A stretch of 63,778 nt of DNA, filler included, from Octopus bimaculoides (lineage: Eukaryota): assembly GCF_001194135.2 (NCBI RefSeq). It is 5 parts of 4 records of this genome, joined end to end, with 100 filler letters (N's around TTAATTAATTAA, not from the genome) between each part and the next. Parts side by side here need not be neighbours in the genome. Positions count along the whole stretch, not along the records: positions 1 to 30,968 come from NC_068982.1; positions 31,069 to 39,182 come from NC_068986.1; 3 more parts are not named here. One strand, given 5' to 3'. A program made the translations under genes and the position numbers. Below the pieces are notes generated by a model. The model had not been told where the DNA came from. It saw only the letters and a program-made list of their open reading frames with translations, and ran no database searches. Below are positions 25,513 to 35,529 of this stretch, in pieces; the stretch's first letter is position 1; every line of letters begins with the position of its first letter.

Positions 25513-26118
25513 TTGCATAGCTTTGTTTCTGGTGCCCTCTGCTGTTAATAGGTGCACGTGTGTTGTTGTTTTTGTAGCTGCTTCTGCTGCTGCAGGTGGT
25601 GGTGGTGGTGTCGGCGTCTCTTTCACGTGCCAATTTTTAATGTAATAGTAATAATCACATCGAAACGTTGTTGTTGTTGTTGCTGTTGTTGTTGCCCCAA
25701 ACGGACCCAGTGTCCATCACCTGTGTTGTTCTCATGTGTAGCTTATTCCTTAGTTATGGTAACAAGGGGTCATGTCCCTTAAGTTTGGTAACAAGGGCTG
25801 AGGAAGTAGCATCTCCTTTAATTTTGCTAGCAAGTGGCCACTGGGGTGGTGGTGGTGGTGGTGGAGTGGTGGTGGTGGTGGTGGTGGTGTGGGTTAATGT
25901 AAATATAAAAGGGCCGGTTATTGTTGTTTAGTGCAAACTGATTCATTGGATCTATGATCTAAGGAGTTTCAACCGTGCCCATCACTCTTACTTTTTGCAA
26001 CCATAATATATCAAGGACTACATTATCCAAAGATCTTCTTAATTCTCTTTTTTTTCCAGGCAGTAATTCTGAGTAACGATTTGGGAAACTTCAGCTTCTA
26101 AAGTATTATATATCATAT

Positions 26119-26188
<70 letters not shown>

Positions 26189-26234
26189 TATTTCAGATTA
26201 TTTATTTTTATGTTTATCATATGCTATATATAAT

Positions 26235-26435
26235 ATAGATATTATGCATGTGTAGTTTGAAGGGCTAACCTAGTCACATTCTGTGTCTCGCTGAATCTCC
26301 CGAGACCTACGTTAGGGGTATTAAGTGTACGCGTGTTATGGAGTGGTCAACCACTTGCACATGGATTTCACGAGAAGGCTGTTTCGTTGATCGGATCAAC
26401 CGGAACATGCTTTCCGTCGTAACCGACGGAAAGCA
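26235..26435 (+). mobile_element. SINE 3' part (family of 47520 and 59822)
   Basis: CGCTGAATCTCCC..CCACTTGCAC..GGATCAAC..CGTAACCGACGGA. Confidence 0.7.
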
Positions 26436-26600
26436 TGGCTACATATTACATAACATATATCATTATACATTATGTATGAAATATGTTATATATCAACAGT
26501 ATACAATGCGAACGTGAATACGCTGATCGCTTCTTCAGTCAAAGCTACCAGGATTAATGACACTAACATGACCTTATGACCTTTTGGTTCTTATTTATAG

Positions 26601-26809
26601 GATCCAGCAAACATCAACAGACTTCAAAATACCGCAGCAAATAATTTCTTTGCTGAATTCTATAAACAAGATCCGAAACCCTTGTTAGATTCATTAGTCC
26701 CGAGTAGCTTTGGCCGAGGATATAAACAACAAGGTCGAAACATCGAAGTCCTAAAGTTGCCTTACCTCAGTGAATCGAGTTTGTTACGAACACAGATTCA
26801 ACTGAAAGG
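26601..26809 (+). CDS. Internal coding exon of an unidentified gene, phase 0->2
   Basis: TTCTTATTTATAG|GAT acceptor and AAAGG|GTAAGC donor enclose a 209-nt frame, DPANINRLQN..LLRTQIQLK(G). The other five frames contain stops. Confidence 0.6.
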
Positions 26810-26889
26810 GTAAGCTGTTCTCCAGAAACACAACAGCGATTAGCATATTCATGTTCCAGTGTGTCGGAACGTATTAACAAAGTATGCGT

Positions 26890-27290
26890 ATGTCATGTTT
26901 TGGGGTCCTGGGATATGCAACACACTGCCTAAGTACCAATCTTAAGAAATTAGGCTTCTCAAAGCCAGAAAGAAGAAAGCTAATTCGAAGACTACAGATC
27001 CAATCCATCACCGGAACTGTAAAAACCTGTAAAACTTTCCAGAAGTTTACCATTTAAATATATATGAGCACGTCTAGATATGTAGCTATATGCATGAGAA
27101 TAGATACATAAAACAAAATATACAAATCTGCACACATACGCACATACATACATACATACATATTTACAAAAATATGCTATTCTTGTTGAAATTCTAGTGA
27201 AGGAGTCTTGAATCTAGGTTAGAAACCGGTTCTTTCTCAATTGGCAAGAAATCTTGAAATAAAACTGAATGAAACACATACACACATACA
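26890..27290 (+). mobile_element. RLE-type LINE extreme 3' end with (CATA)n tail
   Basis: LGYATHCLSTNLKKLGFSKPERRKLIRRLQIQSITGTVKTCKTFQKF resembles the RLE-LINE C-terminus, followed by a UTR. Confidence 0.55.
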
Positions 27291-27429
27291 TATGCACTGG
27301 CGTTTGCTTCCCAACTACTTGGTGCCGAGTTCAGTCCCACTGCACAGTGTCTTCTACTATAGCCTTGGCCCATTCAAAGCCTTGTGAGTGGATTTGGGTA
27401 TAATTATTTGGGAATTTGGGTATATGTCT

Positions 27430-27830
27430 ATTACTATGCCGTTTAAAGCACATCCACCGTCTGGGCTACCTGATGTCATCCACAGTTACAAAATATAATT
27501 TTCACTGGATCTACGTCAGGAATTCTACAGAGTTCATTTGGTTTATAATTGATGAGAGGAACGGAAAATGGCTTTGGTACGAATCTTTATTCAACGCGAT
27601 GATTGTTTCACTCCACTCTGCAGCTGTCCCTTATGGGTCCCCACATACTTTGAGGGAGTACAACATGCCTGGAGGAACTCAGTATTTGTAGGATATCTTT
27701 TATGCCAAATACCTGAGGAGACACAGATTGCCCTGATTGATGCAACCCAACCGGATGCACAATATCCTACCCGGAAGGGACAGCTGCAGGATGGGTCCAA
27801 AAGATCGTCGCGTTGAACAAAGATTTGTAT
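27430..27830 (+). mobile_element. Decayed L1/Tx1-like RT fragment
   Basis: SLDLRQEFYRV resembles the LD..KAFDRV motif and REYNMPGGTQ resembles the RGxRQG region. Stops and frameshifts present. Confidence 0.45.
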
Positions 27831-27899
27831 CAAATCGATTTTCTGCTTCCCCTTATCAATTGTGTGTGTGTGTGTTTGTCTCCCCCCCCCCACACACAC

Positions 27900-28070
27900 A
27901 CACCGCTTGACAACCGATGTTGGTGTGTAGACGTGCTTTTGACTTTACGCGGTTCGGCAAAAGGAACCGATAGAATAAGTAGAGGGGTCGATTCATTCGT
28001 CTAAAATTTCTTCAAGGCGGTGACCCAGCATGGCCGCGGTCTAATAACTGAGACAACAAATATAAAAAAA
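27900..28070 (+). mobile_element. CORE-type SINE tail
   Basis: CCGCTTGACAACCGATGTTGGTG..CCAGCATGGCCGCGGTC. Confidence 0.7.
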
Positions 28071-28217
28071 TATGTTTGTGTATGTATATGCATGTGTATA
28101 TGTATACGGTAGTGACGTAGCGAGGGTGGGGTATTGTGAAGTAATGAAGGGCATAGTGATATGGTGAGGGATCGAGGGAACAATGCGGTATTGTACTAAA
28201 TATTTAGTTTCGTATCT

Positions 28218-28495
28218 CTATGTTTTATGTTCAATCTCTGCCGTAGCCAGCTTTGACCCTATAAACTTGTCGATCGATAAAATCACTGTCAACCAATCGT
28301 TGTTATCAATTCTATCAATTCCACTCGTCTTATCTGTTCCAAACTTGTTGTCCTTTGCTGTAAACGAAATGTTTTTCTTTTGATATTTTCTACAGTCAAC
28401 AGACGAAAAATCGGACGAGCCTGAAGCGGTGGAAGAAGACGAAGCTGAAGAAGTTCTGGACCAGACCCAGTCAACGGTCGAATAATCTAACGTTT
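28218..28495 (-). CDS. Candidate terminal exon, 91 codons, TLDYSTVDWVWSRTSSASSSS..AEIEHKT*
   Basis: CATCTTTATAG| acceptor and a 276-nt stop-free frame in AT-rich DNA. A competing plus-strand reading exists. Confidence 0.35.
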
Positions 28496-28775
28496 CTATA
28501 AAGATGTTATTCTCTATGCTTGTCCGCCTTTTTCATAAATATGTTTTTATTTGATTAACTGATGAGGTTCTTTTTTAAAGTTGTTTTATTCTTGTCAACT
28601 TCTGCTAAAATGGTTGGCAACATGTCGTGTCCGATGTATTTACTTTGTTATGTTCTCTCAAGTCAAAAAAATGACCAAAGTTCATTTTGCAGTTTCTCCT
28701 TTCAGGGCTTGATAGGATGTTGTACCAGTTATGTACTGGGGAACATATCATCAACTATTTCCCCACTTATCCTCA

Positions 28776-28807
<32 letters not shown>

Positions 28808-28809
<2 letters not shown>

Positions 28810-28925
28810 CTGCTATTGGCTCAGGGCCTCAAAGTTCGGAGGAGGGGTGGTCTGGACGATTACATCGATCGCCTGTGCTCAACTTGTTATTTCATCAACC
28901 CAGAAAAGATGAACGACAAAGTCAA
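28808..28925 (-). mobile_element. SINE fragment with (TTA)n tail
   Basis: CCCAGAAAAGATGAACGACAAAGTC resembles the reverse of the family domain. (TAA)n adjacent. Confidence 0.55.
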
Positions 28926-28961
28926 TGAATATTTTGTGTTGTCTCAAGCCCCTACCCTTCT

Positions 28962-29034
<73 letters not shown>

Positions 29035-29680
29035 CAATTTCATTTCAAACCACTTTCGTCGCAAATGTTTTTGGAGGAAAACCCAATATTGNNNNNNNNN
29101 NNNNNNNNNNNNNNNNNNNNNNNNNNNNNNNNNNNNNNNNNNNNNNNNNNNNNNNNNNNNNNNNNNNNNNNNNNNNNNNNNNNNNNNNNNNNNNNNNNNN
29201 NNNNNNNNNNNNNNNNNNNNNNNNNNNNNNNNNNNNNNNNNNNNNNNNNNNNNNNNNNNNNNNNNNNNNNNNNNNNNNNNNNNNNNNNNNNNNNNNNNNN
29301 NNNNNNNNNNNNNNNNNNNNNNNNNNNNNNNNNNNNNNNNNNNNNNNNNNNNNNNNNNNNNNNNNNNNNNNNNNNNNNNNNNNNNNNNNNNNNNNNNNNN
29401 NNNNNNNNNNNNNNNNNNNNNNNNNNNNNNNNNNNNNNNNNNNNNNNNNNNNNNNNNNNNNNNNNNNNNNNNNNNNNNNNNNNNNNNNNNNNNNNNNNNN
29501 NNNNNNNNNNNNNNNNNNNNNNNNNNNNNNNNNNNNNNNNNNNNNNNNNNNNNNNNNNNNNNNNNNNNNNNNNNNNNNNNNNNNNNNNNNNNNNNNNNNN
29601 NNNNNNNNNNNNNNNNNNNNNNNNNNNNNNNNNNNNNNNNNNNNNNNNNNNNNNNNNNNNNNNNNNNNNNNNNNNNNNNN

Positions 29681-29775
29681 ATGCAAGTACCAGTTGAGTA
29701 CTGGATTCAATGTAATCGACCAGCCCCTCCATGTGATTGCTGGCCTTGTGTCAAAATTTGAAACCATTATTGTTG

Positions 29776-29809
<34 letters not shown>

Positions 29810-29810
29810 T
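29681..29810 (+). mobile_element. SINE 3' end with (TTA)n tail
   Basis: AAGTACCAGTTGAGTACTGG..GGCCTTGTGTCAAAATTTGAAACC(ATT)n. Confidence 0.7.
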
Positions 29811-30180
29811 TTTAATCTGCATGTTTGTTACAATCACTTGCCGAGACACACCCAGCGTCCTTGGGTGAGTGAAGGATAAGAGATGTGACAGTATGACTGA
29901 AAGCTTGGGGAGGGGAAGTGGGAGGGTAGTAGCGAAACATTTAAATTGATAGCGTTTTTCTAAGGATGTGGGCAGTACTTATCAGTACAATCTTTTGGAC
30001 TTCTCTGAGACATGGTACTCCTGGGATCTTATCTAGATATTTCTGACATCCCTTTCTTATCATACCTAGGGCACCCACGACAACAGGAGCAGTTCCTGCT
30101 TTAAGATACCCCATCTTTTGTATTTCAATTTCCAATTCCTCTATAGATAATGTCTTATTAATAGGAACACTTGCATCTAT
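29811..30180 (-). mobile_element. Dong-like LINE 3' fragment flanked by (TAA)n on both sides
   Basis: IDASVP..LEIEIQKM..PVVVGALG..VQKIVLISTAHILRKTLS. Confidence 0.75.
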
Positions 30181-30456
30181 TATTATTATTATTATTATTT
30201 TATTCTTCCAATTTCGTTTCCATTCTTGCCTAGTGTCTTCCCGACACCTACGGCTAACAAACTCGCTATGCACATTGGTAGGCCATTAAAATAAACACCA
30301 GATTGTTCATTTACAAGGTCAAGTTATATGATAAGGGAAAAAAGAAAGAAAGAAAATTGAGAATAGAAAAAAGAAAACAAAGACAAAAGGAGAAAAAAAG
30401 GAAAAAAACATTCATAGCGACAACACTCTTCTCAATACGTCTGATGCAGCACTGAA

Positions 30457-30671
30457 GGCGGCGTGGAGCTGGCAGAATCGTTAAGCATGCCGGACTAAAT
30501 GCTTAGCAGTATTTCGTTCGTCTTTACGTTCTGGGTTCAAATTCCGTCGAGGTCGACTTTACTTTTCATCCTTTCGGGATTGATAAATTAAATGCCAGTG
30601 AAACACTGGGGTCAATGTAATCAACTTATCCCTTCCCACAAAATTTCAGGCCTTGTGCCTATAATAGAAAG

Positions 30672-30702
<31 letters not shown>

Positions 30703-30703
30703 G
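30457..30703 (+). mobile_element. Full SINE (TTA-tail family)
   Basis: GGCGGCGTGGAGCTGGCAGAATCG..GGTTCAAATTCC..TTTCATCCTTTCGGG..(TTA)n. Confidence 0.8.
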
Positions 30704-30968
30704 TTCAGTAGTTTTATTTTTATAACGTGCTTTCACTTCACTACCGAGCGCAGCTCTGTGCGCCTTGGGTATGTGCTGTGGTTTGCTGTGGTGCTCTTAT
30801 GTTTACTGTATTGAAAGTGTTTTGCGTAGAATGTGTGCAGTGTCCAGTAGTGCAATTTTCTGTATGTTATATATATTTGTAAGTCCTGGTGTTTTTGTTA
30901 TGTATTTGTCTGAATATTTTTTTATTATACCTAAGGCACCTACTATGATAGGAATTGTTTCTGTTTTT
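30704..30968 (-). mobile_element. Dong-like LINE 3' end (same family as 10330-11478)
   Basis: Reverse complement of about 11215-11478 with few substitutions. Confidence 0.85.
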
Positions 30969-31068
30969 NNNNNNNNNNNNNNNNNNNNNNNNNNNNNNNN
31001 NNNNNNNNNNNNTTAATTAATTAANNNNNNNNNNNNNNNNNNNNNNNNNNNNNNNNNNNNNNNNNNNN
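30969..31068. other. Assembly placeholder, 44N-TTAATTAATTAA-44N (also 39183-39282, 55892-55991, 62119-62218)
   Basis: An identical 12-mer centred in 100-bp gaps four times. Artificial, not genomic. Confidence 0.9.
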
Positions 31069-31074
31069 ATATAT

Positions 31075-31613
31075 ACGAGGGTGAGTCAAAAAGTAATGCC
31101 ATTTTGTTTAGGACAGGTATAATTACCCACACAGGAACATGTAGCATACATCAAAATGAAGCTGGTCCTCTGTGGATCACATCCCTACTTCTCAACATAG
31201 TCACCGTTTCTCTCAATAGCAATGTTCCACCTTCAAATCAGAGCATGTATCCCTCCCCCATAAAATTCTGGTGACTGTTCTTTGAGTCACTTCTTTGCTA
31301 CAGTTTTCACTTCCTCATCACTGGAATAATTTTGCACCTTCTGACTATCATCTCTTTGGCCCCATGAAAGAGGGTTTGAGAGGCAAACATTATTCCAGTG
31401 ACAAGGAAATGAAAACTGTAGTGAAGAAGTGACTCAAAGAACAGTCAACAGAATTTTACAGGGCAGGGATACATGCTCTCATTCGAAGGTGGAACTTTGC
31501 TATTGAGAGAAACAGTGATTATGTTGAGAAGTAGGGATGTGATCCACAGAGGACCAGCTTCATTTTGATGCATGATACATGTTCTTGTGTTGGTAATTAC
31601 ATCTGTCCTAAAC
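31075..31613. mobile_element. Mariner-derived fold-back element (two inverted transposase 3' ends)
   Basis: Left TIR TACGAGGGTGAGTCAAAAAGTAATGCC. Arms 31106-31330 and 31389-31613. DYHLFGPMKEGLRGKHYSSD..RRWNFAIERNSDYVEK. Confidence 0.8.
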
Positions 31614-32529
31614 ATATATATATATACATTTAAATTCAAATTACGATGAGGCTAAACAACCAAACTTCATATATATTTATATATATATTAGCTTTGTCAT
31701 CATAGGCACAAATGTAATTCTTTCCCAAATAAATTGCACTTCATATTCAAGGCTTTGATGAAGCTATAAGGTACTATTTAGGTACTCAATTATGTGTCCA
31801 CTCATCCTATAGCAGAAACAGCTATAAGCTAACGAAGTTTATGAGATAATTATTTATTCCTTTATCATTTCTCCTTCTTACACACACACACAAGTAATCT
31901 TAGTAAAATTATTTTTTTTCTTCCTTGCTTTGTTTTTGTCATATTAGTTTCATTTTTGTCAATGAACAGACATATCTCTCCCCCAGCACTGTGGCCATTT
32001 GGTCGTTTGTGGTCAGCGTGACCTTATAGACTTCCAGTGTATTTTATTTCCTAGCACTCCTCTCATAAATATTGTCTCACTGACTCCCTCTGGTCTGTCA
32101 TGAATGAAAAAGCATGTTTAGATAAGTAAAATTTCATTTTCCTTCCCTCGCTTTTAATTTTATCATCATCTTATTCAATTTAACTTGCTCTGCCATGCCT
32201 AAGAGTTAAATATCATCTAATTTAAAATTAATACCAGTAAAAAATGTGCTGCTTTGTTTTGTTTCTGTCATATTAGTCGTATTTTTGCCTATGAACATAT
32301 ATATGTGTCTTCCCCATTACTGTGCAGCCATTTAGCTAAATATTACTTACATTAAGTAATCTTAGTAAAAATCGTGCCAGTTTTTTCCCCACCTCTTTGG
32401 TTTGTTTCCCTCGTATTAGTTTCATTTTTGTCTATGAACAAAGTCCAAAGTCTCAACTAGACATAAGGTGACATGGTGGTGGAACAACATAGTAGAGAGG
32501 GCCATTAGAGCAAAAATAAAATACAGATT

Positions 32530-33690
32530 TGGAAGGACTAGAAGAGTGGTGGTGGTAGGGAACTATATCTGGTAGCTATAAGGGAAGCTAAGAGATAGGT
32601 ATATTTAACTTGAGGAGAAGCAGATAGGAAGAAGTTTGCCAGTGTCCTGTGGCATAAGGACCAGAGGCTTGAGATGTTCCATATTGCAAGACAGTGTATC
32701 AACTTCATGAGTGTCATCCTTAGGTCTGCTGCTGAGATGTCTTCCCATGCTTGTTCTTGTAAATTTTGAGACAATCCTTCTGAGTGTCTAATCTAATATG
32801 CATTTTCATTGTATGTCTTCTCATCACTCCAGATCTTTTCCCAAAATTTTCAACTTCCTCAGTGGGAGATGAGGATCTTCAATGGTCATTTTCTACTTTC
32901 CTATTTCCCTGTAAAATATTTTGGCATTGGATATCAACAGTTTATTTTGCTTGTGAAAATTGTTTCTTTTCTAAAATTTTTTAATTCTTTGAGCTTTCAC
33001 TGGGACTTTTTGTTTCAGTATTTCTTTTGTGATATCAGTTCTTCTCTTGATGAAAACCCGTATTTCCTCTTCATCTTACACCATTAATTCATTTAAATAT
33101 TGAAATTAGTTTACTTCTTCAGAGTAGATTTCTTCATAAGTTTAATTTTCTTTGTTTTTTGAAGGCATACAATTTGTTTCAATAGCCTTAGCAGATGTGT
33201 AAATAATTTCATTTAATTCAGTAAGATCAGGTTTTAATTCTTGTATGATTTCTTTTGTTACATAGTTACCAATTTTAATTTGTTTTTTATTTTGGTTTGT
33301 ATTTGAGAGTTTATGAAATGGTTCTTTATCATTGTATGTGTTACAACTGCAGGCTCATTCAGAATTTTCTGTTTCAGTTTCATCAATAGACTGTGTTCTT
33401 CAACAAATGTGTGGTCTTCAAATACTGTTTCTTTACCACTTCTCTGGTTATCTTTATCAGGTTCATTAGAATGAATTTCTTATTTCTTCTTATTATTTCT
33501 GAAGATATCCCTCCTAATATTTGCTGACTTGTTTTCATCCAAAGTCTTTGATTTTGTGTTTTCTGTATTTTATAAGAGTTTGCATGTGTCTCTAGGGAGA
33601 AATAAGCATATATTCCTTCTTTATACTCTTCCTAGGTCTGTTTGATCCTCTTACATTTTCTTTTTGTGATGGCTGTAGTGGTGAAGTAGG
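32530..33690 (-). mobile_element. Decayed R4/Dong-like LINE, N-terminal and RT-proximal region
   Basis: NLQEQAWEDISAADLRMTL resembles the pre-RT segment of R4/Dong ORFs. Many stops. Confidence 0.5.
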
Positions 33691-33699
33691 AGAGCTTGA

Positions 33700-34052
33700 G
33701 TATTGCCACCACCACCACCGCTGCTGCCACCGCCACCACCACCACCACCATCATTATTTTACTTCTCAGAGCTCTCAGTCTCAATTGCTCTGGTTGATTC
33801 TGTGAGAGCAGACAGCAACCTGTTGTCAGGTCTCACAGGGTTTCTTTCCACAAATTATAAGCTTTGGTACCTGAATGTTAACTTATTGTGGAAGATACTC
33901 AACACCCAAGCACCAATCTCAAAATCTCAGCTATCTCCAATAGAGCAGTTTCTTGGGCTCTCATGTCATTCCAATTTCTCCGACATATTTCTCAAACCAG
34001 GTCATTAGTGCTCCAAATGCCCCTACAACTATTGGGATAACAGTTACTCTCC
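33700..34052 (-). mobile_element. 5'-truncated Dong-like LINE 3' end
   Basis: RVTVIPIVVGAFGAL..FEKYVGEIG, preceded on the minus strand by (TAA)n. Confidence 0.55.
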
Positions 34053-34399
34053 CATTATTATTATTATTACTATTGTTTGTATTTTCTATTAATATTACTG
34101 TTATTTGTTTATATTATTCTTACTTTTGATACTACATTGCCTGGAATCTGTTTCTTTCTCTCTCTTCCATACTAAATTTGTATATGTGTTTATGCAAGCG
34201 TGTATGTGCATATAAGTTCTCTAAAAAGTGTATGGAGTGATAGGCCTTGATAACCTTCCTTTCTCCACCTCATCATACTCCTCTCTCACTCATTCTTATC
34301 TGCTCATTTCCTTTATTATCTAATTAATCTATTCTGCTATAATAACCCAATGGTACTTATTTGCATATTGATGTGAATAAGTGCCTGCAACATTATTTA

Positions 34400-34700
34400 T
34401 GTTGTGTTTATGCATGTGAAGATGCAGGTTGGAAAGTAGAGCATTTTCCAATTGAAGTCAGATGTAGAGGGTTTGTTGGACAACTGTTGTTATTGTTAGG
34501 TCTAACTCATCATAAAGTAAATACCACCATGACCGATATCCAAACTACAGTGGAAAAGTCAGGCCACTGGATTTGGTTAAAAAGAGACGATGAGCAATGG
34601 CTCAAAGAATATTGAGCTGTATTTAATAACCAATTGATCTAACAAGAAGGGCCTCATACCAGTGAGAGGGAGGACCTGTATGCACTGATGCTGTCAAGAG
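34400..34700 (+). mobile_element. RLE-type LINE C-terminal fragment
   Basis: GWKVEHFPIEVRCRGFVG..EKSGHWIWLKRDD matches the PIEVGCRGF-type RLE tail. Confidence 0.6.
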
Positions 34701-35448
34701 GTAGGCCCTGAAACGGTGCGCATTCTCTCCTGATGACTCCGTACACTTGCTGGCTTCTGGTATGTGGAATTCTCGACTGGTAGCACTTGGATGTGCAAGT
34801 TGTTTGCAAAACATACAAGAGCTCCATAGGGAGACAAGCACAGGTTAACCATGCAAAAACACACTTTTTGCTTCATCATTTTCATGTTAAACTACATTTT
34901 TTCCATGGAAAATTATACATCATTTGAAAGCTTTGGATGTGAACTTTCTTTTCATATAGTTTTTATCAAAATCTGACATTTACTTACGATGCCAGGGTCC
35001 TCAGTCACCCTGGTATTTCCACCCATTCACAAAGTTTGTCCCTTTTTTATTTTTTTATTTTTGACTGCTGAACAGTAGTAGCCCTCATTCTAGTTCAATG
35101 CACTGGTGTGCTACAACTACATTTGTGCTGAAAAATATAGTCATGTAAAGATTTTTTTTTACTTTATTTTGATATAAAAATTGATGGGGGTAGGCCAGAT
35201 AAGCATTATAAAATATAAAAGTGAAAATTTTATTATTAATTTGCACTTAGAAAAGAACATATTTTCTTTAGGATTTTTATATTAGAAGAAAGAAAATTTT
35301 CTTGCAAATTCAATACAGTCATTGCAGAATCTGGCCACAATATGATGTAAAAGCATTAAGTGAATAAAGAGAGTGGTACTACCATGGCTGCACATACAAA
35401 ATTAATGCATATTCATGCTACTTATCAAACTGACATATTCTCACACAG

Positions 35449-35529
35449 CGAGAGGTCAAACAAAATATGAATCCAAGGTTTCAAATATTGATTTTGAGCC
35501 AGAATTTCAAGAAATGGATGAATTAATTG
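35449..35529 (+). CDS. Candidate symmetric (phase 1->1) exon, RGQTKYESKVSNIDFEPEFQEMDELI
   Basis: ATTCTCACACAG| acceptor, TTG|GTAAGT donor, 81 nt open. Confidence 0.5.

Noticed and set aside
25130-25633. His/Thr/Tyr-rich 167- and 135-aa ORFs resembling metal-binding proteins
   Set aside because: They are translations of a TG/TATAA minisatellite. The same applies to the CV/HT ORFs at 63008-63449.
27520-27691. Phase-compatible next exon after 26809 (NSTEFIWF..GGTQYL*)
   Set aside because: It lies inside a frameshifted L1/Tx1-like RT remnant, so it was not called as a host exon.
34990-35128. Minus-strand exon with strong splice sites (TTTTTCAG| ... |GTAAGT)
   Set aside because: It has stops in all three frames and lies in DNA-transposon-like sequence.
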